DNA from: Octopus sinensis
Taxonomy: Eukaryota
Direction: 5' to 3'
Assembly (NCBI RefSeq): GCF_006345805.1
Contig: NC_042997.1
Span: 101,122,001-101,186,000 of the forward strand
DNA length: 64,000 bases
The position numbers and the translations under genes are program-made. The notes beneath the pieces were generated by a model, which saw only the letters and a list, made by a program, of their open reading frames with translations, searched no databases and was not told where the DNA came from. Below are positions 39,150 to 50,414 of this stretch, piece by piece (position 1 is the stretch's first letter; the number at the start of each line of letters is the position of its first letter).

Positions 39150-40360
39150 CAGAATCACTGAATTGGAATTAAAAGCTTCAAAGCGTTTAGAGCAAAAAAC
39201 CTTGAATATGCAGGGCTTTTACTAAATGCTGTGCTGTTCAGACGTGAAACGGGGCAAGACAAGATGGTGAAGTGGCAATAGATGACGAAGACGATGTAGA
39301 CATTCGACAAATCTGCTCGACCTTTCAGATATAGCTTCCTCTTATCCCATTTCAGAGTGAGACTGGCCACTCTGCTCGTTACCTCGTTATAGTTCTTGTC
39401 CAGTTGGAGATTTTGACTTAACAAAAGCTCGAGTAATTTAACTGGTCCTTCAATTCGACGTCCTACGACACTGTCAGATGGCATGAGCTGCCTCTCCAAG
39501 TACAGAGCTGCATTCCTTCTGACTTATGTCGGCTAATCTTTGCTCCTATCACCTCGATGTGTTTGGTGTCCGATACTAATACTTATTTCTTTATTACCCA
39601 CAAGGGGCTAAACATAGAGGGGACAAATAAGGACAGACATAGGTATTAAGTCGATTACATCGACCCCAGTGCGTAACTGGTACTTAATTTATAGACCCCG
39701 AAAGGATGAAAGGTAAAGTCGACCTCGGCGGAATTTGAACTCACAACGTAACGGCAAACGAAATACTGCTAAGCATTTCGCCCTGAGTGCTAACGTTTCT
39801 GCTAGCTCGCCGCCTTACTAATACTGTGCGATACTAATACTGTGCGGTCCGATACTAATACTGTGCGGTCGTCCACATACATCGACACAGAACTTCCACA
39901 CCCGAAATCATACGTAATCTCCCTTATCCTACCTAATTTCCGCAATAGTGGCTCTAGAATCAATGTATACGAAAGACGCGCGAGTGAACTACCTTGACTG
40001 ACTGAGCGCATGTTATGATTTCTGCATACATCTGCGAATCCATTTCCACTTTGTTTGTAAGGTTCGGTGTTTACCGTGTTTATTGTATTATAGTTTCTTC
40101 TGGTAGCGGTGTTGTTGGTGGTAGAGGTTGTATTAGTCTCAGTATTCTCTCTGTCTTGAGTGTCAAAGTTGTTGTTCTTAATAGTATTTATAATGATGTG
40201 GAGTGTGTTGGTAGTGTTGCCATTCCTTTGCGTTTTGTTGTTGTTCTTGTCATTGATACCTTTATTCTTATATTTTCTGTTGACTGTAACAGTTTGTAAT
40301 TGGAAACAATTTTCATAATGGCGCTTCCAAGAGTCATCTCCTCTCCTGAATTGAGACGTC
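39150..40360 (-). mobile_element. Tx1/L1-type LINE fragments (ORF1-like low-complexity part plus RT)
   Basis: RSVSQGSSLARLSYTLILEPLLRKL, YVDD, GPVKLL and KWDKRKLYLKGRA. Confidence 0.85.
39584..39815 (-). mobile_element. Full-length SINE family 1 with a 10-bp TSD
   Basis: TSD tactaatact at 39574 and 39816. Confidence 0.92.
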
Positions 40361-40544
40361 AAAATTCGTCCCGAAAGGGCAACATTTTCATTTAGTCAAC
40401 TAGCCTCAGATGATACTGGTTCGTTTAATAACAAAATAGTACAACAAAAATCAAAACAACTTTGCTCTTTACGACAACATTCGTTTACGAGCTCCAAATC
40501 GACGTTTTTTACTTGCAAATGCAACAAAATCAACAACAACAATA

Positions 40545-40685
40545 ATAACCCTTTCTACTAAAGGTACAAGGTCTGAAATTTTGAGGGAGGGAACTAGTCG
40601 ATTACAAAGACCCCATTTTTTTCATTGGTACTTAATTTATTGACCCCGAAAGTATGAAAAGCAAAGTCATCCTCGGTTGAATTTT
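40545..40685 (-). mobile_element. SINE family 1, 3' part
   Basis: ttattgaccccgaaag..gaaaagcaaagtc. Confidence 0.7.
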
Positions 40686-40719
40686 AATGATAATAATAAT
40701 AATGATGATGATGATGATA

Positions 40720-40792
<73 letters not shown>

Positions 40793-40820
40793 GAAGAAGA
40801 AGAAGAAGAAGAAGAAGAAC
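40686..40820. repeat. (GAT/AAT/GAA)n trinucleotide array
   Basis: Directly visible. Confidence 0.95.
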
Positions 40821-41665
40821 AGGGTGAAGGAAGTGTAGCAACTGTTGTTGCAAAGAAAGTAAAATTAATTGTAAAGGTGGGATTAGAAACCTCTGCATAG
40901 CAAATATGTGGCCCGTAGCAAACAAGCTGATATTGACCAGCAGCTTACCCATCAATGGCTACGAAGCTCAGAGCTAAAGGCAGAGGGTGAAGGCTTCATT
41001 TTAGCTGCTCATGATCAAAGCTTATAGTCCCGGAACTACCAATTCAATGTAATGAAAAATGGAGTCGATCCAAAGTGCGAATTCTGCAATGATGAGAATG
41101 AAACAGTGGACCACTTAATCTCTGGATGTTAATATGTTGGTATTATAAAATCAAAACTGTTGGCAAGTGGTATAAGCATCACTCTGAGGCTGTAGCTGAG
41201 TGAGAGAATACAACAATTCTTTGTTACTGTCCTGTATATCCAGACAGAACCAGCGAAGCTAATAAACTGGATATTATTGTAAGCGAAAACAATATTAGAA
41301 TTTGTTTATTGATTGACATGAATATTCCTTGTGATAATAATATTGCAACAAATGTAACATCTGAAGATGGTTACAATACCAGTGGTTGTAGCAGCATTAG
41401 AAATGATCAAAGAATGGACTCAAAATTATTTGAGAATGATTCCTGGCTTACCATCTCAGCAAGAAGCGCAAAATATTGTTTTAACTGGTGCGTCACACGC
41501 AATGAGAGAAGCATTGTCGCTGTGAGAAGGCTAATCTTCCATATGAATAATCTGCTGTGTTTACTTTAATGGCCTATCAAGTTATATACAGTGAGTTTCT
41601 TTGTCCTAGGTGTCAGGAAGACACTCAGTAAGAAATGAAAACAAGATTGAAGGAAGAAGAAAACT
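40821..41665 (+). mobile_element. R4/Dong-type (REL endonuclease) LINE 3' fragment
   Basis: HQWLRSSELKAEGEGFILAAHDQSL, CEFCNDENETVDHLISGC (CCHC) and ANKLDI..IDMNIP. Confidence 0.85.
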
Positions 41666-41667
41666 CA

Positions 41668-41676
41668 TAATAATAA

Positions 41677-41725
<49 letters not shown>

Positions 41726-41726
41726 T

Positions 41727-41759
<33 letters not shown>

Positions 41760-41788
41760 TTAGTAGTAGTATTTTGTAGAAGTAGTAT

Positions 41789-41832
<44 letters not shown>
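41668..41832. repeat. (TAA/TAG/CAG)n array
   Basis: Directly visible. Confidence 0.95.
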
Positions 41833-42239
41833 ACAAGTCTAATAATATATTTAAACTTTTTGGTAAACAAACTGTTACACAAAACAATCTCAAACGACCT
41901 CAATCTGCCGTGAGTTGTGCAACAGCCAATGTTAGTAAGTAAAGTTTGTGCTTTGATGTAGAAACCGAGTGTTGTAAAATATTTAATACTGTGTCTGTGG
42001 CTAACATTGTGTAGACAATAAGAGTTATGAGTAACACTGATAACAACTCGAAAAACATATATTTTCCACTTTGTTACATGTATATAACTTTGTTTGTTTA
42101 CTGCTTTGATAAGCATTTTGAACCAAGAGATTTTCTTTTAACAGGTTATACGACTTGAAATAATAAGCTCCGAAGATTTTTTATTGTTAAATAAATTATA
42201 TTAACAAAAAAATTATAAACAGTGATAATTAGCTAACTA

Positions 42240-42720
42240 GAACGTGATACAAATGGGAGCCTGCCCTGTAACTACATAATGTTGTTAAACAGCTCTCAAT
42301 GAGTGAAGAAAAGAGCCCTAGGGGGTATACATAATACTTAACTTCACATATTGTGTGACCTGGAAGATCAGCTAACAAGTGCAAAAGTTTATCAATGCTG
42401 TAGAGATGTGGTTTCCTAGACGAATGATGAAGGTGCCAAATGCAGATAAACTGACAAACGTCGAAATGCTTGAAGGAACAAAGACCACCAGAAAACTTAA
42501 CAAAAGGAGACAACAGACTCACTTTGTTGGACATCATATGAGAAGAAAAAAACGTTAAGCATTTGGTGACAACCGAATAAGAAGAAAAAGAAGCCGGGGA
42601 AGACGGAGAAAAGAGTCTTGATGACTTTAACTGCTGGCTTCAAAAAGACCAGCTAACGTTCTAAGTTATGTGTGGGAAGGGAGGGAGGGAGGGGAAGTAC
42701 ATGATCGCCAATGCTTGCAG
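42240..42720 (+). mobile_element. Old RTE-clade LINE 3' fragment
   Basis: INAVEMWFPRRMMKV, THFVGHHMRRK and RSRGR. Confidence 0.7.
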
Positions 42721-43369
42721 GCACAACACATGTAAATGAAAACGGAAAAGAAGATATTGATAAATAAATAAAATGTTAAAACGCTTTCAAAGAGATTTCG
42801 ACAAATTGTTTCATTCGGCATACAGGAAGATAGCTTAAAGGAAACTTTTCAGCTAGATTACATTGCTTAATACAATTTTTGTCCTTGGGTAGCAACTGCT
42901 ATTTCCTATTTGCTTACCCCTTGGAAGTAATGAAAAATGGCTAATATTTCCTTCAAACTTGCTTTTGTTACATTTATTCCAACCCCGAAGAATCCCTCTC
43001 AACACATGGCTATGATACTCTCCAACTACACCTACTCATGATCAGAGATGCACATATTGTCAGCCACAAAGGAATACTTAAGTGGTTAAGACCAAGCAAC
43101 TGACAAGCAAATTTGTGGTATTGAGCAGAATATTCGCTATAACGATATTTCTGCTTCAGCTACTCCGTACTGAATCTGTCTGAAATGTAATGGAAAATAG
43201 GCCAGTTTGAAAACATTGGTGTCCAGGTCACAAAAGTAAAGTTTGAGGGGAATAATAGTCATTTCTTTTGCTTTTTAGATAGAAGAAAATAGGAAATAAT
43301 ACTTACTGACCAAAGACCAAAAAAAAAAAAATTAAAGTTTTGTGACATAGTATTATTATTAGAGTGTTT

Positions 43370-43580
43370 GTGAAGGCGGAATGCTGGCAGAATCGTTACC
43401 ACGCCGGGCAGAATGCTTAGTGGCATTTCATCCATCTTTATGTTCAAATTCCGATGCGGCCGACTTTGCCTTGCATCCTTCCAGAGTCGATAAAATAAGT
43501 ACTGGTCGAGCATCTGGGGTCGATGTAATTGACTTAACCCTTCACTCGATATTTCTGGCCTCGTGCCAAAATTTGAAACC
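43370..43580 (+). mobile_element. SINE family 1
   Basis: aaggcggaatgctggcagaatcgtta...gtcgataaaataagtac. Confidence 0.85.
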
Positions 43581-44343
43581 ATTATTAAAGTGTTCGTGTA
43601 TATGATTAGACTATTTATGAATGCACTGTAGTGTTTCGTTAGCTTTTACTGTAGTGGAGCATAAAAAAAAAAAATCTAATCTAAGTGTGACATCTAGCAA
43701 ATAAATTAGTCTTGACTGTCCTTCACTGTAGTAGAAAAACTGGGTTGCTTTAAAAATTTTGATGAAATTCTTAAGGATGTTGATTTGAACTTGTTGACAG
43801 TCGCTTTCATCTGTGTTGCAAAATAAAGATAAAAATTGATCATTCAGCAAAAATTATCACTCCACCCAAGCTTTCAGAGTCAAATTTATTACGTCTGTCA
43901 AATCTCTACCACTCTACCTTGAACTTCGATGCCATCACAGAAAATTCCACCCACTTGCCGAAACATCCTACATTATCTCTTCCTTTTAAAATTATTCCTT
44001 CACTCATTCATTTATTGCATAAAAGGTTAAGTCCAAGAAATGCTCTTATATTTCATTGTTTGAATAATCCTTTCTCTCGAAAAACTTCGAAGCCACTACA
44101 AATAAAATCTCTAAGTGTATATATATATAGAGAGAGCATAATTAAATCTCAGAATGAGATTGAAACAGTAATCGCTCGATAATGTAAAGTATAGAAGCCA
44201 TCTTATCATGGCTAACCACATTGGGGAGGGGTGTTACTGTAGCTTTATAGCCCCAAGAGATCGTCGTCTCTAGCTGGCTTTAGACACAATACCAGTGCCT
44301 TGGAGTATTTGCAAAGGGAGGCCATCCTTCCTCGCAAGCCTGA

Positions 44344-44400
44344 GTGATACGCTCGAACTAGTTTCGGGATTTTTGTCCCTTGTCAACGGGCGGTAACCAC
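44344..44400 (-). ncRNA. Type-I hammerhead with a U3-A8 core variant (GUU)
   Basis: Reverse complement: CGCCCG TTGACAA GGGA caaaaa TCCC GAAAC TA GTT CGAGCG. Confidence 0.75.
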
Positions 44401-44699
44401 CAGGTCGCGATGAAAGTGAAGGCTGCTTTGCAAATATATAAGTTTTTCTAGTGGCGTCTGCCACTGATGTCGAAAAACTAACAGTAAGCATAATTAAATC
44501 TCAGAATGAGATTGAAACAGTAATCTCTCGATAATGTAGAAGCCATCTTATCATGGCTAACCACATTGGGGAGGGGGTGTTACTGTAGCTTTATTCTGAG
44601 ATTTAATTATGCTTACTGTTAGTTTTTCGACATCAGTGGCAGACGCCACTAGAAAAACTTATATATTTGCAAAGCAGTCTTCACTTTCATCGCGACCTG

Positions 44700-44756
44700 G
44701 TGGTTACCGCCCATTGACAAGGGACAAAAATCCCGAAACTAGTTCGAGCGTATCAC
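44700..44756 (+). ncRNA. Inverted copy of the U3-A8 hammerhead
   Basis: CGCCCA TTGACAA GGGA caaaaa TCCC GAAAC TA GTT CGAGCG. Confidence 0.7.
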
Positions 44757-44921
44757 TCAGGCTTGCGAGGAAGGGATGGCCTCCCTTTGCAAATACTCCA
44801 AGAGCATTGATATTGTGTCTAAAGCCAGCTAGAGACGACGATCTCTTGGGGCTATAAAGCTACAGTAACACCCCCTCCCCAATGTGGTTAGCCATGATAA
44901 GATGGCTTCTATACTTTATAT

Positions 44922-44957
<36 letters not shown>

Positions 44958-44999
44958 CGCCGAAAAATTTCAAGACTTTTGCTATCAGCATGTAAAACT

Positions 45000-45800
45000 A
45001 AATGCAATACCAATTAAATACACTGGACCTGGAGGGATTGCAATTCGAGAGACATAGTCAGTGCGAAATCTGGGCATTTACAGGAGTAATGATGCATCCT
45101 TCCATGTGCATGTTGCTAAGCTGGCAATGAAATGCAGGTGGCTGACCGAATGGATTCTTAGAACTTTTAGAACAAGAGATCGGGAAACCATGATGGTCCT
45201 CTGGAGGACACTTGTTCTAAGCCACTTTAACTATTGCTCCCAGCTATGAAAACCAACCAGTGTCAAAGTAATTACAGAACTTGAGGCAATCCAACGAAGC
45301 AACACGAAGAAAGCCTCTATATTATATATAAGCTACTGGCAAAGACTCGAGAAATTAAGTCTCTATTCTTCAGAGCATAGGCGAGAAAGATTTGCCATAA
45401 TATACATCTGGAAGATCCTGGAATAACTTGTTCCAAACTTTGGCATCGAGAGTTACACTAATACTAGAACAGTGCGCCACTACATAGTGCCAAGGACTCC
45501 AGATTTGCCATCAAATATACAAGATACTGCTTTAGAGAACCACAGCTCTTCAGTGTCCTCCCGAAGGATCTGAGAGACGTGCATGGGGTGGATGTAGGTG
45601 TTTTCAAAACGAAGCTGGATATCTTACTGTCAAGTGTTCCAGATGAACCAACTGCAGGAAGTGCAGATGAGGGCAGCGGTATCAAACTCCCTCATGCACC
45701 AAACTATCAATTTCTAAAAGAATTAGTGAAGTAAAATTATGTAGCAACACCAAATGGCGGTACCCCAGCATGGCCACAGTTCATGAGATAAAACTAGATT
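45000..45800 (+). mobile_element. Degenerate CR1-clade LINE 3' fragment
   Basis: RNLGIYRSND, WILRTFRTRD, LVLSHFNYCSQL, LEAIQR and SYWQRLEKLSLYS. Confidence 0.88.
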
Positions 45801-45819
45801 AAATCTAAAAAAAAATTCA

Positions 45820-45997
45820 TGGTGCAGGCGTGGCTGTGTGGTAAGTAGATTTGTTTAACAAACACATGTTTCCGGGATCAGTCCAACTGCGTGGCACCTT
45901 GGGCAAGTGTCTTCTACTATAACCTCGGGCCGACCAAAGCCTTGTAAGGGGATTTCGTAGACGGAAAGTGAAAGAAGCCTGTCGTATATATGTATAT

Positions 45998-46061
<64 letters not shown>

Positions 46062-46063
46062 AT

Positions 46064-46094
<31 letters not shown>

Positions 46095-46310
46095 ATATGT
46101 GTATGGGTTTGTGTGACTGTTTGTCCCTCCACCATCGCTTGACAAGCGATGCTGGTGTGTTTACGTCCCTGTAATTTAGCCGTTCGGCAAAGAGACAGAT
46201 ATAATAAGTACTAGGCTTACAAAGAATAGGTTCTGGGGTCGATTTACCGATTAAAGGTAGTGCTCCAGCATGGCCGCAGTCAAATGACAAAAAAAAAATA
46301 AAAGAATATA
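45820..46310 (+). mobile_element. Composite SINE family 3 with an internal (TA)n
   Basis: ggcgtggctgtgtggtaag...gggcaagtgtcttctactat...gcatggccgcagtcaaatgac. Confidence 0.85.
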
Positions 46311-46353
46311 TATATATATATACATTATGTATATATATATATATATATATATC

Positions 46354-46386
<33 letters not shown>

Positions 46387-46394
46387 TATATATA

Positions 46395-46510
46395 TTGGCC
46401 TGCTCGCTTAGCCAGCGGGGTGGCGTCATTCGAAGGCTAAAACAATGCGAACATATTGTGACCAGCGATGTGAAACTACATCTGATGGACTGGTCGGTCA
46501 CGAAAAATAT

Positions 46511-46587
<77 letters not shown>

Positions 46588-46880
46588 CACCGTGATCACC
46601 GTGACCGACCAGGCTATCAGATGTTGCTACACATCGCTGGTCACAATTCACTTCGCATTGTTTTAGCCTCCAAATGACGCTACCCCGCTAGCTAAGCGAG
46701 CAGGCCAACAGAAGAAAGAGTGAGAGAAAGTTGTGGCGAAAGAGTACAGCAAGGATCGCCACCACTCCCTGCCGGAGCCTCGTGGAGCTTCAGGTGTTTT
46801 CGCTCAATAAACACTCACAATCGAAACCGCGATCCTCCAACCGCGAGTCTGCTGCCCTAACAACTGGGCCATTGCGCCTC
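46395..46880. mobile_element. Two SINE family 2 copies tail-to-tail around (TA)n (46395-46515 +, 46585-46880 -)
   Basis: About 115-bp inverted repeat; tRNA head at 46880. Confidence 0.75.
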
Positions 46881-47194
46881 CACATATGTATATATAAATA
46901 TATGTATATATATGTATATATATATATATATATATCATAATATATATATATATTATATATATATATATTATATAATATATATAATATATATATATATATA
47001 TATCATAATATAAATGATATATATATATGTACATACCTACATATATATGTATATATGCATACATGTATGGGTACAGGAGTCAAAAAGAAACGCGAACAAA
47101 ATGAAAAACGAGAACAAAAACAAAAACTTAGAAAACGAACTGTTTTTAAAACAACGAAAGAAACAAATAGAGAAAGATACAGGCAACACAAAAA

Positions 47195-47260
47195 ACAGTT
47201 CCTTCATCAGTTGTCCCCTGTTTTATCTACTCAGCGTTACGAATGTTGGGACAAGACACG
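47195..47260 (-). ncRNA. Candidate jumbled hammerhead J2b (A13 mutated), in repeat 47040-47320
   Basis: Reverse complement: CGTGT-C-TTGTCCC a ACATTC GTAA-CGC ... GGGACAA-CTGATGA ag GAAcTGT. Confidence 0.5.
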
Positions 47261-47317
47261 AGTTAAAACAGTCGTTCCCGCAAAGCAAATTAAATAAAAT
47301 TTGGGGTTTTTGGAGAG

Positions 47318-47368
<51 letters not shown>

Positions 47369-47406
47369 TATATATATATATATATATACATATGTATGTA
47401 TGTATA

Positions 47407-48620
47407 CAGGGGTTGGACAAAATAATGGAAATATCTAGCATCATATCATCATAATTTTAAAATATCTATAAAGACTAAAAAGCTTGTTTATTTTTATGTT
47501 TTTCGATTTATTATTAGTGTTGCTTAATATGTTTTGCTAAAATTGCTGTTTCTTTTCAGGTATCATCATAAAATGGTAACTAAAATTCATTAAAAGAGGT
47601 CAAATTTTTTGGTGCTCGTATGTCAGGCGCTAGCGTAACGAAAACAGCCGAAATGCTTGGTGCATCAAGAAGTACTGTCTCGAAAATAATTACAGCCTTT
47701 GAGAAAGAGGGAAAAACTTCTTCGTCGAAATAAAACTCCGGAAGACACCCACAACTTTCAGATATGAACCGTCGGACTCTTACGCGAATTGTTAGAAAGG
47801 ATCACAAAAGTACAGCTCCCAAAATTTCTGCAGAGCTTAATGACCACCTCAAGAACCCGGTTTCCACAAAAACTGTTCGCCGGGAGCTGCACAAAGCCGG
47901 ATTTCATGGGAGGGCTGCAATCAGAAAACCACTACTTTCGAAAACAATCGTTGCAAAGCGTTTAGAGTGGAGTAAAAACCTACAGAATTGGTCCCTAGAG
48001 CATTGGAAGAATGTTATTTTCTCGAACGAGTCATCCGTTACCTTATTTCCGATCACCGGCCGATATACGTGTGGATTCATGCAAAAGAAGCTTTTGATCC
48101 AGACTACGTTATTCGAACAGTTAAACATGGAGGAGGATCTGTGATGATCTGGGGGGGGGGGCTATATCTTGGAAATCCGCCGGCCCAATGGTTTCCCTTC
48201 ATTGCAGAATCAATTAGTCAAGACTATTTAAGCATTTTATCTAATCAAATTCATCCTATGGTTGCGAAACTATTTCCGGAGGGAAACGCAACTTTTCAGG
48301 ATGATAATGCACCAATTTACACAGTTAAAGTTGTTACTGAATGGCACGAGGAATATTCTAGTGAAGTTGAACATCTTATCTGGCCACCACAGTCCCCAGA
48401 TCTCAATATTATTGAGCATTTATGGTGCATTTTAGAAAAACGAGTAAGGTGTCGATATCCTACGCTATCATCACTAAAAGATCTGGAGACTGTTTTTAGC
48501 TGAAGAATGGACAGAAATTCCTTTGGAAACAATTCAAACCTTGTACGCGTCCATACCTCGTAGAATTCAAGCTGTAATTATTGCCAAAGGCGATTCTACC
48601 CCATATTAAAATATATTTGT
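47407..48620 (+). mobile_element. Tc1-family transposon (DD34E-type), frameshifted; right TIR not found
   Basis: ta|caggggttggacaaaataatggaaa; NVIFSNES, TVKHGGGSVMIWG, FQDDNAP and SPDLNIIEHLW. Confidence 0.92.
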
Positions 48621-49384
48621 TGGCAATATATAATGAAAGAAGGAAAATGCACACACTTTACATAGTTTTAATATATTTTTTAATATATTTTATATTATGC
48701 TTGTCGACCAGTCTCGCTTTCGCTAATCCTAATATCAAAATTTATTTAAATATGTATTTTGTTAAGAAAAACTTTGTTTTCCATGTTGTGTATGGAATTT
48801 ATGAAAGAAATAGAAAAATTTAAGGGGAGGAAATTGGTGATCGTGAACAGGGGAGATAATTGTTCATCTTTCAGTGGATGCGGAATATATACACAAACAT
48901 TCAAAAACTAGAGCGGTGGGGATAAATATGTACAATGATGGGTATGAAATCGTGAATTAAAATACGTATAGAGATCAAAGTTGTTTATGCGTGCATATTT
49001 AGACGTGTTTTGTATTTTTCAATGAATAAAGTTTCTTTATTTAAACGTTCTTGTATAGAAATTGTACCTTTGCTCTGGTAGGAGGGGAAAACTGTGAAAT
49101 TTTGATTAATGTCACTTGCACATCTCTCTATGTGTTCACTTAAAGGAATCTATCTGTATTGCGTGAACGGGATATGCTTTTTATGTAGAGTGGATCTCCG
49201 ACTCCGTGTCATATATATATACAAAATTAAGAGGAATGACCACTAAAGTGGACACCTAATATGCTAAACATAGACGTTAAATCGCCATTACCACGAAGAA
49301 TGTGTTCTCAAGAAAAATTCAGCAAAAAGCCAAAATGTAAAAATGAGCAAGACAAATGAAAATATATCCTTAAATCCTTAAAAA

Positions 49385-49738
49385 TGTTTTAGCCCGAAGG
49401 CCGCGGCCATGCTGGGGCGCCACCACGGGAGTAATTTCCCATTTCTCCCGTGTTCATAATTGTTATACTTTGTTGTTTGTTCCTGCCTGGCTCATAAGGG
49501 CCGGTTTCCCTGGCGTATAGGTCCCGCACCTGGACGGGACGCCGGTCTATCGCAGGTGAGCTGCAAGAGGAAAGAGTGAGAGAAAGTTGTAGCGAAAGAG
49601 TCAGCAGAAGTTTCTCCATTACCTTCTGCAGGAGCCGCGTTGAGCTTAAGTGTTTCGCTCATAAACACATACATCTTCCGGTCTGAGATTCGAACCCGCG
49701 ATCCCTCGTCCGCTGCTCTAACCACTAGGCCATGTGCC
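49385..49738 (-). mobile_element. SINE (family 2-like head with tail) inside the family K element
   Basis: Reverse complement ggcacatggcctagtggttagagcagcgg...gttcgaatctcagaccgg. Confidence 0.8.
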
Positions 49739-50071
49739 AATGTTTAGCATATTAGGTGTCCACTTTAGTGGTCATTCTTCTTAATTTTGTATGTAACACA
49801 ATTTTTAATCTTCGGATTTTAAAAAATATGCTAAGCCACTGGTTTTAATTGATTAATATAAATTTCTACCCTTATTATTTAATTTTAAATGAAAATGTTC
49901 TCCAACCGGTAAATTGGCTGCTGAAATTTATTAACTACAAACTAATTTCTGGCCTCAGCGCGCCAACGTAAAGACATTTGAGAAATGCAGCCAAATATAA
50001 TTTGTAGAACTTTATACATGCTCTGTTTCGGTTGAGTGTTTTGTATCTAGTTCTGGAAATTGTATTTTGTA

Positions 50072-50143
50072 AGCGACAGATTACGCTGAAGATCTGCATA
50101 CGTAGATATTAACAAGTGGAACCATGGTACATAGGTAATCGCT
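50072..50143 (+). ncRNA. Degenerate type-I hammerhead (GAAAC to GGAAC)
   Basis: gattacg CTGAAGA ... GGAAC CATG GTA c..gtaatc. Confidence 0.6.
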
Positions 50144-50414
50144 TTTTATTTCGTATATTTTCATTTGTCTTGCTCATTTTTACATTTTGGCGTTTTGCTG
50201 AGATTTTTCTTGAGAGCACACTATTCGTGGTAATGGCAATTTGACGTCTATGTTTAGCATATTAGGTGTCCACTTTAGTGGTCATTCCTTTTAATTTTGT
50301 ATGTAACACAATTTTTGATCTTCGGATTTTTTAAATATGCTAAGCCACTAGTTTTAACTAATCAATATCAATTGCTACCCTTATTATTTAATTTTATATA
50401 TATATGTATATATA

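Larger units (their letters stand above)
44135..44915. mobile_element. Family H element: 352-bp tandem unit plus an inverted copy, between (TA)n tracts
   Basis: agcataattaaatctcagaatgag at 44135 and 44487; 44595-44915 is the reverse complement of about 44180-44505. Confidence 0.92.
49221..50395 (+). mobile_element. Family K element: 5' inverted segment plus a 510-bp tandem unit, ending at (TA)n
   Basis: atgtttagcatattagg at 49740 and 50250; 49221-49370 is the reverse complement of about 50160-50305; homologous to the 18.4 kb unit. Confidence 0.85.

Noticed and set aside
39816-39875. CRISPR-like repeat array
   Set aside because: Eukaryotic context, three short repeats and no unique spacers.
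44215-44280. Twister ribozyme in the family H unit (taac...gttactgtagc...gcccc)
   Set aside because: Only superficial similarity; the required pseudoknot pairings could not be built.
46395-46710. Independent MITE with long TIRs
   Set aside because: The right arm continues into a SINE body and tRNA head, so it is two SINE tails.
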